From NCBI GenBank assembly GCA_040954595.2, contig CM082592.2:4852735-4916734 (forward strand): a stretch of DNA of 64,000 nucleotides, written 5' to 3'. The stretch is from Balanoglossus misakiensis (Eukaryota; Animalia; Hemichordata). Under the pieces are notes generated by a model. It saw only the letters and a list, made by a program, of their open reading frames with translations, was not told the origin of the DNA and did no database searches. Each line of letters begins with the position of its first letter. The stretch's first letter is position 1. Positions 1 to 15,500 of the stretch are shown here, in pieces. The translations under genes were made by a program, and so were the position numbers.

Positions 1-447
1 TGGCTGTTACATTTTATCCTTTTAGTTCTAACTTCTTATAAAAACAAAAGGATATGGTTTCACTTCATATCCCCCAAAGAAACACCCCTTTTAAAATGAC
101 TGAAACTTTTAAATGATGCAATTTTAGAAATCTTAAAAAACGACAATCGATATGTGATATAAGCCTCTGCAGTGTGTTGTAACACCCCTGTTTCTGAGTA
201 AAAGGCCAGGTCTGGTGTAGTAATTCTGGCTGCCTTAAATAGGTTTTCACTTTGCGCTAAGGGGTCAAATCACATTGCATTCGGCCATCTTGAAATTGTG
301 TCGATCATGTGAGATTTTTATCACCCACCTAGGTAGCCAAAACCTATTTAAGGTCGGGAGAATTGCCTGGACCGTTCCAAGGTGGACAGACATATGGGTT
401 GGGAAAAAAAACCAGCTTCAGAGTGATTCTGTGTTCCGTGCCGTCTA

Positions 448-596
448 TCAGCTGTCGGGAAAAGACTCTCGTTCTTTCTCCTTCTCCCGTCGTTCAAACG
501 CTTGATGGGCTCTCTCCAGATCACCGATAACATCCAGCAGCGTTGCCGCAGCAGCCATTCGGGAATCGTGGAAGGATTGGCTTTTCTTCAGACCGC
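448..596 (-). CDS. RASAL1: RASAL1 last coding exon (LLDVIGDLERAHQAF...stop)
   Basis: Pyrimidine tract plus AAG acceptor; RASAL1-like L.RAH..F helix; TGA stop. Confidence 0.85.
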
Positions 597-3500
597 CTTG
601 ACAAAGGAAAAACAAGAAAATACTTTGCATTAACGAAAAAGAATATTTGGAGGTGTGTGACAAGACAGTCAATGTAATAGCAAATTCTCTTGAAATGCGA
701 TTTTTTTACTCGTTGGCAGACAAGGCCTGTGAAGTGAGCCACCAGGTGGCCAAAGTACTGCTACTTTGTTTTTACCCCAAAACGGACACGTTTTGCAAGC
801 ACTTACTGTGGTCATCGTCATCATCATCATGATCCAAGTCTTTGCTGTCTCCGTTCATAGTAGGATTTGTCGGTTTACTCATGGCGTCTGCTGCTGCGTT
901 GCCCAGGTCTGAAGATTCTAAATATTTTGTCCTGACAAAAACAATTGATACAGTTAGTATATCAGAGCATTCAGTTTCGCTACTCAAGATTTCAGAGAAA
1001 AGATAAAAAAGACAGTTGCCAGAAAGAACATTCCTGTCAAGTGGGGCACGGAAGATAACCTCACATAAGGTAAACCACTATACAAAAAGAAACCCAAAAA
1101 GTTAACCAAATTTATCCCTTTAATACGTTGACATATGACTGTAACAATCACATGTATTAAAGTCTGACCTTAGCATATCCCTTCCCAGCAGTAACTGTGA
1201 GTAGATGGTTTGTGTCTCGGCATCAGGATCCAAAGGGTCTCTCCAGTCGCCTAGTGTACACGCGGAGTGCGTTTTACTACATCCTCTGGCTGTGAAGACA
1301 AAAAAAGACACCAAAAACTCTGCGATTATTCATAAGGCTGTTGAAACTGGGGAAATAAGTTTACCCAGGATGTAGTGACATATGGTATGGTATTTCCATA
1401 GAATCTATGACCTGGAAATTTCAAGAAACTTGGTTGCATGGCAGTTTGCAGTATTTGTGTATTCCTTCAGACTAAGCAGAGTGGTCTGTCTGTTTTCCAA
1501 GATCCTAACCTGCCTGGCTTGATGCAGTCATTTAAAATTCAATATCCACAGCAATGACAACCTGAGTGTATAAGCACTAAAGTCTCTTCACAAATGTGTA
1601 TACAGTGTATCATTATTTGGGGTAGCTGTTTGAGCAAAACTTCTGACAAATTTCTGGGAAAAGTCCAGGTGCCCGGTAATGTGAGAGATTTATTAGCCTA
1701 CAAACCCAGCAAAGGTAAAACACTACACACCCACAAGTGGCATGATGTGACCACAATGCATTGTATTATGCTGCCCTCTTGAGTTGAGTTTTGGTACATC
1801 CAATGTAACAGAAACACAGTGATTTTATGCCATTTCAAATATAAAAAATAGCGTTTCCTGGTTTGTTTGTGACTGAAAAGAAAATCCCTGAAGAGGCAGA
1901 AACTTCAAGCTTGATCGGTCACCCCAACTGACCCATGGTATTTTGGCGCGGCAAACTTCCCTATTACGGCGGGACACGCACAATGAAATCCCGGTAATGC
2001 AACCGCCACTAATGGAAACAGAAGCCAATTTGGTCTAGCTGCGTCTAACAAGATGATTGATTGATACGGGCAAGTTTCACAACCTCTGGTCTGACTGAGA
2101 AATAAATTTTCAAAACTTCGAACGCAGGCAAATTTTTGATTTGTGGAGTAATCCACTGAGCTGTTAACTAATCGTGCCTGGGCCGTAAATCTAAATTTCT
2201 GCGCTGTATTTTATTGATTTTGAATTCTATGATTCTGAAATGAAGTTTTAAGCAGACAAGGGTTCCAGAGAGTGTCTAATATAGTGTGCTTCTAGTAAAA
2301 AATCACCCGTTTGCAGATTCCATGTTCTGTCTGATAAACATAATTTTTGGAGATTTCAGTCCATTAACTTATTACATATCAGTTCAAACATTAAAAAAAA
2401 TTATGGTTCATAAACAGGGCTAGTTCGGTTGGAAACTATATCCATTATTTAGATTTTATATATCTGCTAAATGCGTATCTTGAAGGCAGCCAAAACATCA
2501 ATTTATCTGTGATCGGTTCTACGATAACACCTGGATAAGGTGATGGCATCATTATCACATCTGACTCCCTAAATGATCTTGTGCTATTTTGCAGGCCTTT
2601 TCTGCTGTCATGCTAATTCACTAAACTTACACTGATTTTTTCCCCACAATAATAATCATATAATCAGCTTTGCACACACACACACACACTCTGATGGGAA
2701 ATATCATCCTAGATCGACATGTGCATAGACGTAAAAGATACATCAGGCTGCTTTTTTCTACAGGGCACAGACAACCGTCTTGCCCCACCTGTACAGAATG
2801 GGGTTGACCCATGTCAATTATTAATTAGCTATCTGTTGGGCCAAAGCAAACCCATCACTAATTATCCCGAGGGTAAATCCAAGTCACTGTTCAATATAAC
2901 TCAGATGACATCTGTGGAGGTACAATGCAAGCTTTTGCTCTCTCACTAATGTTTTTTTTAAAAGGCTTTCATCTATAGTGCATGAAATAATAGTGAGAAC
3001 AGCTGTCACTTTCAAATGTTTGTGGAGTTTCACTGCAAACCTTCAATGAAAATTCAAACAATTGGTGATGTTGAACCACGAACCTGATGATAAAATATTT
3101 TTTTTTTCAGATATGAGAGATAAACCTTGCGTTCAAATGTTTATGGAGTTTCATTACAAACATTCAATGAAATTAAAATAATTTGTGATGTTGAACCATG
3201 AATTGTGATGATAAATAAATATATATATGTATTTTTTTAGATATGAAAGATAAAGCTTGCATACATACAGGGAAACTGCACTGATGAATAGGTCAAGTTC
3301 AACAGCTACAGCTATTTTATGATGTCTTTCAAAATGTATGCACATGCACACAATCACAGAATAATACGGTTAGCAAATTACTTACAATATTACATTGTGA
3401 TTTTATAAAGATTGGCACACTGCTTTCTCTAATTAAGCAATAAAACACCCCCAGCCATGGTATACCACGAGATTTTGACCAGTTCACGACATATACGCAC

Positions 3501-6500
3501 GAGCGATAGCGAGTGCGTATATGGAGTTGAACTGGTCAAAATCGAGTGGTATACCATGGCTGGGGGTGTTTTATTGCTATTATATTATGCCAGTATATTG
3601 AAACTTTGCATAAAACATTTTAAAAAGGCATTTTCTTTGACTATGATATATGACTGTGGTATATGGCTAATATATCACGGTCACGTGTCGTGTCTCGACC
3701 AATCAAATAGCGTGATTTACACCATCAATATACTGGTATAATATAATACTGAATAATCAAATGGATATTTGACTCATTGTCAAAGCCTCGGGGGCATGCA
3801 TCTTTGAAACATGTTATCTTTGCTCATTTGGCAGTAGGAAGAAGTAGCCCATTATTAGAGTTAAGGTGGCATTGCATGAAAAGTTGTGATTTTTGCCAAA
3901 TTTTAATTTTTTACATAAATCGGTAGGCCTAATACTGACCCACAACATGACTAATACGTCTTGGCGGAAATGGTGCATAATCACCCCAAAATAGCACTTT
4001 TCTGAATGAGTTCACAGCTTAACAAATAGGTGTCAACAATGCAAATAGCCGTTTTTCTCAGTTTGCATTTTCGCTGCTCTTGACAACTTCGGACTAAAAT
4101 AGCTTCGCCCTGCGTTGGCCGAATTTGCTCAAATTTTGAAAGGGAATTGTGTATGACCCATCCAACAAAACGCTAGTTTTGTTTGTCGATAAAGTGTCCC
4201 TGGCGGGAATAAACTCTGATTCAATACAACTCACCGTGAATTTGATCAAATTTTCTGAAAATCTAACTTTTAAACGCTGTTACTCCTCAATGGAAGCAGA
4301 TAACGCAAAACAAAATTAGCGTTTTTTTGCACGTGTACTCTAGTTTTGAATGACATATTAAGATGCATGATGCATGGTCAACTTTTTTACCTATTTTAAA
4401 TTTCATGACATAATATCAAAAAATGGGTTTTTTCACCCAAAATCGCCACTATTTCCGGGGATCAATAATATTTGCAACTCAAACAAAAGTTCAAAATCTC
4501 AGCTTCCAGAATATATATGGTTTATGGGGGTTTTAACTTTTTCTTTGATGAGAAATAGGCCTCTGAAAAAGTCTCGACGGTTTCATGCAGTGCCACCTTA
4601 AATGGAAAGGTAGATATTTTTTTGTAATTTCCCCCTATAACAAGATCTGCGATTTTTTGTCAGATCGTATGCATTTCCCACACAGAAGCTTTACAAATGC
4701 AGGTATCGTTAATTTTTGCCACTTTCCTGAAAACGCCCTCCCTGCAGTGAAAACATTTGAGGTGTTTCACGGAGGTCGGATGAGTTTAGGCACAGATAAT
4801 GAACACGAGTCTAACGGCATGAAGTCCGTCAAGTTCACGGCCAAGTTATTAGGATGACCTAGCTTTTCTCTCTCCCTCGAGCTGTATAGTCTTGTTAAAT
4901 GGATGATCTGCGTCGTTGGTAATGAACTGAGTCAGATCCGAGGTGAAGTAGTCCTATTCACTAATTTACTTCGTTGCAGTGAAATATCGATGCTGACGTC
5001 CCGGATTGTTGAGCATGTGCTGTATTGAAGAACCTGTACCCAAAGTGTTCTGGAGGAAAAAAAAACTAGTCCACCAGAGTAACAGCCGTTCACATTTTTA
5101 TTTTCTTGAGATTTTAGAATTCAATGTTGTTCTACGCACTAAAACATCCCCAATGACCTGTTAACATGGCTCAATTCACATTTACTGATGATATATGGAC
5201 ATTACAGATGAATATTTTCAGCATCAATTAATTTTTGATCAGTACCAAAAATTTGCAGACAAATTCTCATGTTACACTGACTCATGTATACTGAGAGTTG
5301 AATTTTAGAAATCGGTCATTTAGCATAATCCAGTGAGCAAAATAACATAAAAAAGCCCACCACAAGAAATAAAAATAACCAAAATAATGTCAAAAGTTAC
5401 TGACTGTCCCTTTAAGCTCTTTTCTCTTATAAGCATATTTTGAACATTCAACTTTATTAGAAATGCCAGACTTTGACTGTTGGGATAATAACATTACCCC
5501 TGGGGTGCCATCTGTGTCAGATAAGACCTATAGCTCTAGCACATGGCATTGTGCTTGCAGGCCTTTACAGTTGCGGTTCTACAGCAGTACCTTCTTATTT
5601 AACACCTCTCTCATACGTATGCCCTTGCTGGCATTTCAAAATCTACACTCTGTCAAATGTGATACCGGCATGCATTGACACCTCTTGCTGATCGACACAA
5701 GGCTGAGGGGGTGATAAGAACGTGCTGTGGTTATGTCTTAGCAGAATGTCAAAGGAGTGATATATAGCTAGCACTCCGACAGAATATTCTAGTCTGCGCT
5801 GTATCTGTACTGCATTCGCGAAGCATGTCTGAATACCAGGTGTGATCGAGTTAGGCCTCTGACCCGTTGTAAAAAAATTAAATACAACTTCCCTCCAGAA
5901 GTGAAATTGAAACCAATAAAATAGAGATTGAACTCACAGTGGCCCTTCAAATAAAAATGGGTGACCGGTGTTATCCTTGAAATGAAGTGTGTCTCAACCT
6001 CAGGGACTTTCATTTTGTGAAACGTTTGATATTTTGATATATGTGATGTTTTGCTTTGATCGATTTTTACCTTCAGAGCCAAGCTGTGAGCTAAAGAAGA
6101 ATCTGCAAAAGCTTTGTCTGCTGTTGTAGAGCTAGAACAAAACCCAGCTGGGAGCTGCACAGATTTTCAAAAACAATGTTTTCGTTGAGAATTTAAAAAC
6201 ATCTCACGAGCCAAGCAGAATCTACCAGAACTGTTTTGCCCACAGGTTCCATGGCAACCAAGGAGCAAAGTATGAAATCTACCCCGCTGTGGCATAGAGC
6301 AGACCTTGGCAATGGTCGTGCTGTAAACCCCGAAAAGGGAAGCAGGCAATAGCGAGGGAAAGCTTTTTGATAACGCAAGAACATCAGCAGTGATTAGGAT
6401 AGACAGGCTGTGACAACACGGCGATTATATATTTCCAATCTGAGCTTGTACGGCTGAATGACATATACTCATCAGGGTCAGTGAACTTGGGAATCAGCAC

Positions 6501-9500
6501 AACTGCTCTACAATCAGAGATCGAACGCTTCGAATTAGCCCGAAGTGCGTGAATCCCGACAATTGATAGATTGGTGTGAAACGGAGCCAGCAATTATGTC
6601 TAGCATTTGACGACTGATCTGAAGGCCTAAACATGTTAGTAACCAGTTTTCTGATTGGTAGATAGCTTATCGCAAGCACACGATTCCGCTGGTCAGTCTT
6701 CAGTCGGAACATTTGTCGGTTCTCACGCGTATGCGGAAGTAAGAAACGATTACAACAGCGAAATAATCGATGGAAACAAGCCTTTATAAACTGTTATTGA
6801 TTAAACATGGCATTGACCTGCTAAACACAATGTTGTGAAAAACTATTAACACTAAATCTGATTTAGTTAAAGGTATACGGTCACCTATACAAATGTAGCC
6901 ACAGTTACCATGGTAAATCGAGATCTAACCAATCACAGATTTTCAGTGGGTGGCACAAGCGAAAATAAAGCGTTCTTTAGAACACTCAAATACGCCATTT
7001 CAGCCATATATGGGCGTATGTAAATTGGACGTGACCGTATACCTTTAACAGAACAGCTGGACCTAACTTTCCAATGAAAAATCACTGAATTCTATATTTT
7101 TCAGATCCTGGAAAATTGATCTACACAACAGTCTTGCATTTGTGATTAAGCAAAAGATACATGTATTGATTGAAATGTTAAAATGTGTCCTAGGCTGTAA
7201 TTTTCGGCACATTTCAAAAATCCCAAGTCTGTCTTTGCAAACTGATTTTTAAGAGTCCCTGATATCTGCCCTAGGAATCCCAGACGATAAAGTCAGGGAA
7301 CACTATTATGCAAAATTTGACTTTTAGAAACTGAACAATTTAATATTTATGTGGCCATTTGATACACCTAGCTGAAAAAATATGCAGTTTCACAAGAAGC
7401 AATGCGTGTCATTTTGCAAAGGGTATGATCTTTTGGTGTTTATCCATTCAAATACCATTGCCAGATTATCACCTGTAATAAACTTTTATGTCGTTGAATG
7501 TGTGTGGCACATTATGAATAATTGCTCCCTAGACATACATTAACACCTATCTGGCGCATCACTGAGGCTGCCCTCGTAAAAAGTCTGAACGAAAATCATA
7601 CATCATTTCGAAAACGATCAACCAACAAAACCAGGAATTTTATGCAAAGCTTTTATTACTTTTTGAGTTCATTTCAAGATGAACTTTATAAAATTTACGA
7701 CCACGTACAGAAAAAAAACGCCCTTGATCCAAGTCAGCTGTATGGTTCGCCTCCAAATGCCAAGAAAGTAATATCTCTCATTTGTTTTCAATCATGTTAT
7801 AGACTTACTTTATGAATGGGAGTAGGAAAAGAAAGTTATAAAAATGCATGTGTACTTTACACAGATTTATAATAATAACTTTTATTTGAGAGGGAGGAGG
7901 GGGTTTAATATATAGATGCAGACAAACCTAAAATAAGTCAAATCTAGGATTTTGTCACTGTGTCACTTTCATCACTAATTGTCAGACTGAAGGAAGTTAG
8001 GAAATTTTATTTCAACTACATGTAAATGAGTTATACATAAGAAAAAAATGCAAGGAAAAGTGGCTTTCCATAGCAACACTCACAAATGCATCAAAATTTT
8101 TACTTGTAAAAACTTCAAAATAACTAAAAGGTATATATTAAAAATAATTTGTTTGTTTTTTCAATTTAACAAACAAACAAACAAACAAATAAATTAATAC
8201 ATATGTACATCACCAAATAAATTCTGGTCTAGCTACCTCCATGCACTATTGCATTTCCCTCACAATACTATCTCTTGTAATAATCCAGAGACACGAAAAA
8301 CAACAGACAAAGTATTAAATTCACAACTGACCTGATTTGGCTGTCTGCAAACAACACGTCCACCTACTTCCTCTGTAAGCCCCAGGGTGGAAAGTGTCTA
8401 GCATGTGTGTGTTGGACACGCAGGTCTTCCTGATCGCCGACAGCCATTGGTGCATATCATTTACATCCTTGTGATGAGACAAAACATAGAAATGTGTCAG
8501 ACTGAGAGATGATATAATCGAACTGGTAGAATAAAAGCAATTGAGACTTTTCCATCGTGACTAGCTGAGACAGTTAAGTGATGTACATGTATTAAGAAAA
8601 GATCTTATTGTCTGAGGCACAGTTTATATGTGATGGAAGAACTAAGCAATGACACAGATTCAGGGACAGTACCATAATTTTTTAGGAATGTACAGCTTTT
8701 TGCTGTGTGTATTGACTATAACAGTACATAACACTTTCTTCATTACCAAAACACCAAATATTTGCGGTGTTAACATTTTGTATGTGTGTAATGAACATTG
8801 TTATCAACAATTTAATATATGTGTCAATGCTATAAAATTAGTGTACAAATTACAGCCGTAATTATCTGTGTTGTCTTGAATCACGATCAGTAGACAAATT
8901 ATCAAAGAGAAAATTTCGGCATGATGTAGGAAATGATACTGATATATACAATCATAAAAAAGTCACAACGCGACTCTTTTTGCTCATTCTGTCCTTCCCC
9001 TCAACTTAATATCAACCTGGAACATTAATCTATCTCCCGCAATGTTACCGGCAAAGTTTTCATGATCCCGGCAATAAATCGTAATGGTTTTTTCGAGATC
9101 AATAATTGATCCATCGTGTTTGATTTACTGCGCGCAATATTTGCGCAGAAAATTGCGTTACGGCAGCCGGCATATAAATTGTTAAATCACAGCGCCCGGG
9201 ATAAAATGTCAAAGGAACGACACGAACAAACAGCGGAGATCAAAGATGTCGCCACGTTGCCATGGCGAAACAGCATCTGCGGGTCGAAGGTCGCCCACAC
9301 GCACGAACCGGGCGCCTTTGGCAGTGTCAGTGTGCGAGGTATGAAATTTGCATGCGTGTTCTCGGTGACGGTGATAAACCGAGGCATTCTCTGAAAGTCG
9401 CTTTTTCTATCTCTTCACCGCGTTCAGTCCCCATTGTCCATTAAATGCGCATTAAGACCCGGGCAATCATTCGCCCTTCCATTAAACTATAATTCAAATT

Positions 9501-12500
9501 GCAGATTCTGGATCAAGACTCGGTCGGCCGAGCAAGCAGACAACCCATTTCGCAGCTTTTTACTCAGTGTTGATCTTGCGTCAGTGCAAACTCTTCACGT
9601 TGCACATTTGATTAGTATCTTAAGAGTATCATTCAAACCTCAATCGATGATTATCTTCTAATTCTCAAATTAAGGACATGAACGGAATTCTAAGGTTCAA
9701 CCTCGTTGACAGAGCCCACCACAGTTAGAATTGCCACTACATGTACACTGTGTGATGCAGATGAAAGGGATTTTGCAGTAATACGAGTTGACCCAACTTG
9801 CTGTATTTCTGCATTTCAATTACAGACCACTTAATTTCAACAATAACACTCCGGGAGCCCATATTGCAATTTTTCATCAGCTAATTTGACTCATTTTACA
9901 TACTTGTGGGTTTTCATCGCCTTAGAATATTCTTCAAGATGTGTATTCAGTAACCATAATTTGTAAACATTTTTATTGTGAGGATGCAAGTGTGTGCATA
10001 AACCTATTTGTCAATTTCACTCAGAATTTGAGATGCAAACTACAGGTTGAGATTGAGTCACAGTGTGGTCATAGTCCATATGGGCATGCATTGCACATAA
10101 TATTATCTCAAATTCCACCAGGCATGTGACACAAGTTATCTCCAACCAGAAATATTTGAAACGACAGGTTGAAACAAAACCATACAAGCAATCAGTAGAA
10201 ATGCACGTCTACTGTGCAATTCTGGGTTTCACCGTACGACACAATCACGTACATGTGACCTTCTGGAGACCTCTGTTCGACAGAAAACCGCATATAGTTG
10301 TCAATGCCTTGTTTTTTTCACAGGGGAAGCCCATTAGCTGAATTATCGTTGACATATTGGACGTGATAATTCACTCAAGCAAAGGGCAGTCTGGTTCATT
10401 TTAGCAAATCCTATAATGCCATTCTCAAATGTGTCAAAAATTTTATCTCATCCACTGTGAATATACTATGTATAAATGTTGTGCACCGTTTCTGAAGTGG
10501 ACATGCCTAATGCTCAGCACACGCACACACACATATACAAAAATACTTTACATAAATGGAACATTCAAGTTTACAGCAGTGCATAAGAAGAGCACCTTAG
10601 TGCATGTGCAGGTACCGTACAAGCACTTACACATGCATGATGCACTGTGATGCAGGTACAAGCTCACATGCATGATGCACGTGCACACATGCACACATGC
10701 ACATACATGTACTCTTATGCAGGAATATGCACACGCCCACACATGCACACACACACCACATATATATATATGCATACACTTTGTAGTCACCTTAGCTTGC
10801 ATGTACAGTGTCTTGTGATTTCCCTCCGAGTCCTTGTATATAATCTGCATCATGTAGGGTCTCTGAAAGGCGTTGCAATCAACCGTCTCCACTGCGCAAA
10901 CTCTCGGAATCTGAATGGTGGATCTGACCTGAAAGCAGAGGGCAGAGAAAAGTCACTTCGAAAATTGCCACATTTCGCAAGTCGTATATTAGAGTGCGGG
11001 TTAGGAATTTCCCTCGGCAGGGCGTCCCTCGGTATAAAATGAAACGCTATTCAGTCTGGGACTTGGAGTGGCGTGCTGCACAGCGGTAGACGAATTAGTA
11101 GCACAGCTCAAAAAGGGGGATTAGATGAAAGATTTCACACTGTTGGGTGCAGTTCACCCGAGACAGAGCGCATTTCAGCGACAATCGACTTGTAAGTTGC
11201 TAACAAGGATGAAAGTAGCAGTGTGGGGCTGAAATGCAGGTCAAAATGTCAGCTTGATAATTGTGAGGTTACATGGAAATCACGCTTTTTTTTCTCACTG
11301 TCAAAACTGTCACGGAAAATAACAGAGCTGGGATATGCTGGTTGCTTTATACCCATTTATTAATTTTGACATCTGATCCCTCTTACTGGTAAACTTCTGA
11401 AACTACGTTCCTGCACAAAAGAAATCTCTTGATTTTTTTTCTGCCTTTGCTGACCCTTGATAGAAAGACTTTCTCGCTTACTTTACTGTTGGATTCTGGG
11501 ATAGCTGTCATCAGCTTGGAACGTATTAGACGATTGTAGTGGTAAAAGTATAGTCAGACAGAATGGTTTGAGTTTGAGATCTGTGACGTAACGCCATTCC
11601 CGATAATTATAGACCCCTCGAAATCTTGAACAAATACCTCGATCTCGGGCTCCTTGGCGTAGGACAGCGTCTCGTTGCTCAGCCAGAAGTAGCGCTTCTT
11701 GAAGGTGAAGGGCGTGATGACGGCGATGTCTTCGCCCCGCCGCTTGCGCAGGTAGCCTTCCTTGATGGTCATGGTGTGGTGAAAGACGCTGCGTTGCTGG
11801 ATTTCACCGGGAGGCACTTTGTGGGAAAAGTCGGGAAAAGCAGAACACATCAATCAGGGCAGAATTACATGCATACCCACGACAATAGTAAACTTGGAAA
11901 CCCCTTCACAGCCAGAGTTTGGAGCAACCGTCCATTGCTTCCAGTGGAGAAGTTGGACCAGTACACTCAAAAAATGGGGATGATAGGCCATATCTGACTC
12001 GAGAGTTGTTAAACGGACTAACCAATCTAATTTCTTGGGAGAGAATTAGTGTGCTTGATAAAAGTGAATAATTCAAGGCATGTATTGAAAACTGTTCCTC
12101 AAGGAACTGATATTTTTTGCCAGGAAAAATCAAACCAGACTTGAAAAACCACACACACACACACGACCCTTGCCCAAGGTAATCAAATGGTTAATCGAGG
12201 ATCATAGACAGTAGAAACAAACTTTGCCTGCCTGTTCAACATGCTCAGATGCATCATTCAGCACGTACCATTTTTATTTCAAGCCTTGCTCACCAAGCAA
12301 TATATACATTAAGCTTAATCAGTCACGGCGTATATTTGAATTTTTTAATAGTTTTTCATCAAAGCAGAGTAGGAGACTGTCTGACTCAATTATCATGTCT
12401 GCAGTCCTGTTACCCTCTATTTACCGCCGACTGGAACAGACAAGTCGTGTATCGACCGAAAGACCGACTGGCTGTCTAATTCCCTGGAGAAAATAGAGGG

Positions 12501-15500
12501 TAGTAGGGCTGATATGGTAATTCTCGGCAAGGAAAGTCCAGCTGCACGCCACAAACAAAACAAAAGCCCAGAAGAAAGATATCATAACAGTTCATTATGT
12601 GCATAGATTTTGAGTTTATAAAGTGATTGTGAAGTGACGAATTTTACATTACGTGTCTAGGGTCTATTCTGTTCTTCATCAGTGGATCACGTGTTGTGCG
12701 TGTGTGCGTTCGAGTTTGAGGGTTGGAGAAGGGGTGGGGGTCAAATCGTGTGAGTGCATGTGTGCGCGAAACGAGGAAGGGTTGTCGTGGAAACACATGC
12801 AAGTCTGCAACGGTGTACTTCGGAGAGATCGTGACAGAGAGAGAGACCAAGAGAACGCCCACCTTTGAGATAATCCAGATCATGTTGGGCTGAGTGTGAG
12901 CGATCGAATCCATCGGACGGGGGATGAAAACATAAGGTTATAAAAAAATAAAAGAAACAACTTAAAAAAACTGCAATTGATGACAAACAAATATGTGGAG
13001 ATAAAGCAGTCACGTGACACTAATGTGAAATTAATGGAGGACGTCTAGAAAGTAAACAGACCATGTGAGATGAAAACTGAACAAAATAAGGGAAAAACAC
13101 GGTGACTGTGGTTCTTGTCCTAAATTATCGTACATATGTTGGTGAAATATTGTGCTGCTATATAAATATTTGGTATAATACAAAATGATAATGAAATCAA
13201 ATATGTGGTGATTGTTATCAGTGTAAATGTAAAATAATTTCTTGCAATGTGTATACACCGGTACAGATATTTATGTTTTTCCTGAATTTGAAGTGATTTT
13301 GCGAATTTGTTGTCAGATTCTTTTTCACAGTGAGCAATCTGTTGGCTTTTCTGGCTCACAACAAACAGTACATCCAATCATATTAGCTCTTGTACACTGA
13401 TAGTGTGCAAGAGCTAACATATATGCAGGGAATGTATACTGTATACACCAATCAACCAGCCAGCCAACAAACCAACACACACAGACGTACACCATCCAAC
13501 TCACTCACTATTAACCCACTAGGACACCCATATTAACCCAATTTACCTTCTGCTTCATCAATGTCAATAAGCCTGTCCAAGAAGTCCCTTATTCGGATAG
13601 CACTGTCCATGATGACTGGATACAGTGGCTGCATGTACTGTTCCTTTCCAAGCTGGGCGCCTAAATTACCAATACTTTGTATAGCCTAAAAAGATAAATA
13701 TGAGGGAAAAAATAGAGGTATAAGTCTTAAACATCACAATCTCCAACTAATATGGTTCTATCAAGAGCTAGCTGTTTAAACATATAAGACAAGATTTCTT
13801 GCAGCTCTTTAACCCTTTCACCACCATGGTTCAGTCCAATTGCATTGTTTTCTATGGTCAGTTGGACCACTAAAGAGGGAACTGGGGGTGAAAGGGTTAA
13901 GGTAAAATACAATACAGAAGAGATGTCTCGACAAGTGCAAGGCAAATGTCAATGTGTGATGTCCTTAAAGAAGGAATATTTAAATATGTCTGCATGAGCT
14001 TGCTTGCGTAAGTGTACACTATCCTCAGTGAAGTCCATGGGTTTTATCCTGTAAAACCTTTCACTTGCAGTGGCCACAACGATATGTGTTTGGGATTCAC
14101 ATATTTTCTGCAGATGTATGTACACTGACTGACAATCTCAGTACAAGGGAGGCCATCTGAAATTGCATCGTATCTAGCAAAACTCAATAAACCTCGCAGG
14201 GTAACAGCCTTACGAGATTTTGATAAATATTAGATAATCGCATCTCCAGCAAATCGTCAGGGGACTGTGATATAACCGTGTTGCCAGAGATTGGCCATCT
14301 GCAATATGTACATTTATATTGGATATCAGAGTTGCGCTAACACTTCCATCATATTTTATACTGTATCACAGACTGGCATAGAAATTACGGGGAAATGAGC
14401 TGAAATGAGTTGGGTTTTTTTGCCCCCATTCAACTGGAAATAAACCGGAGATTACTTGATTCCTATAAACCACCTGAGGAATCGAACTGTCTAGTTTTCT
14501 TCTCAACAGATCAGTCTGAGGATCATTCTTTATTGTCACGTACTGTAAAACAGGAAATTTTCACGACAGGAAATTTTCACGATATTAACTTGGGCAGCTA
14601 TTATGTGCTGATTAATTTTATCTCTGATAAACATTTTATTGTACACACTGATCTATCGCGACTGTTTATTTTCACGTTTTTGTGTGTGAAAAATTTCCCG
14701 TTTCACAGTATATTTTACTTCAGTGAAAGTCGCTTAAAAATAGACAGCACCATGCAAAAGTTACTTCTTGATACAGTCTCATTGTATCGATCTTTTCAAA
14801 ACTTTCTCAGAGTCATGTCAGTGAAACTTTTCCAGGTGCTGAATGTCAACGTCCTACTGTAAAACACTTTATTTTCGCGAGTTGAAATTTTCACGATATC
14901 GAGAGAGGCCACTGTCTCGCGAGTATTAATTTTCGCATTCTCTTATTTCATTCACTGCATCGTTATCTTAAAAAAAAAATTACGCGACTTTTTATTTTCA
15001 CGCTATTTTGGCTCTCGCGTATTTCGTGAAAATTTATCGCTCGCGAAAATAAAGTGTTTTACAGTAATTCAGACACCCTCACATACCTTGGCCAACAGAG
15101 TCAGCGTCCGACACACGTACTTGTCCGCGTGCTGCTCTCGCAGCGAGAAAAGCTTCGGCGACAATATGGCAGGTGCAAAAAACCTGAGAAACAGAAATCC
15201 GCTTATACACAGGTATTTGATGTCCTGCGGGGTGAAAAGAACCAAATGTCAGTGAGTCACCGTTACAGTTTCCTGTCAACTTTTCGAAATCGTCAAAAGG
15301 CAAAGAAAAAGATAATCTCTCATCACGATCTCTGGCTTCAATTTCATTTGACATTTTAAAGACTGATCCATCCTGCTGAATAAATCACACCAGCAAACAA
15401 AGAACTTTATAAAAGCTTTGATTTTAAAGTGTATCGTACAGGGCACGGTTCTTCAGGGCACTGCATGACCGTCTGCGGAGTAATCTGTTTCGAAACACCC

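Noticed and set aside
4960-5036. Possible alternative terminal exon of RASAL1 after exon 16
   Set aside because: Weak acceptor; the short peptide has no similarity and would truncate the BTK motif.
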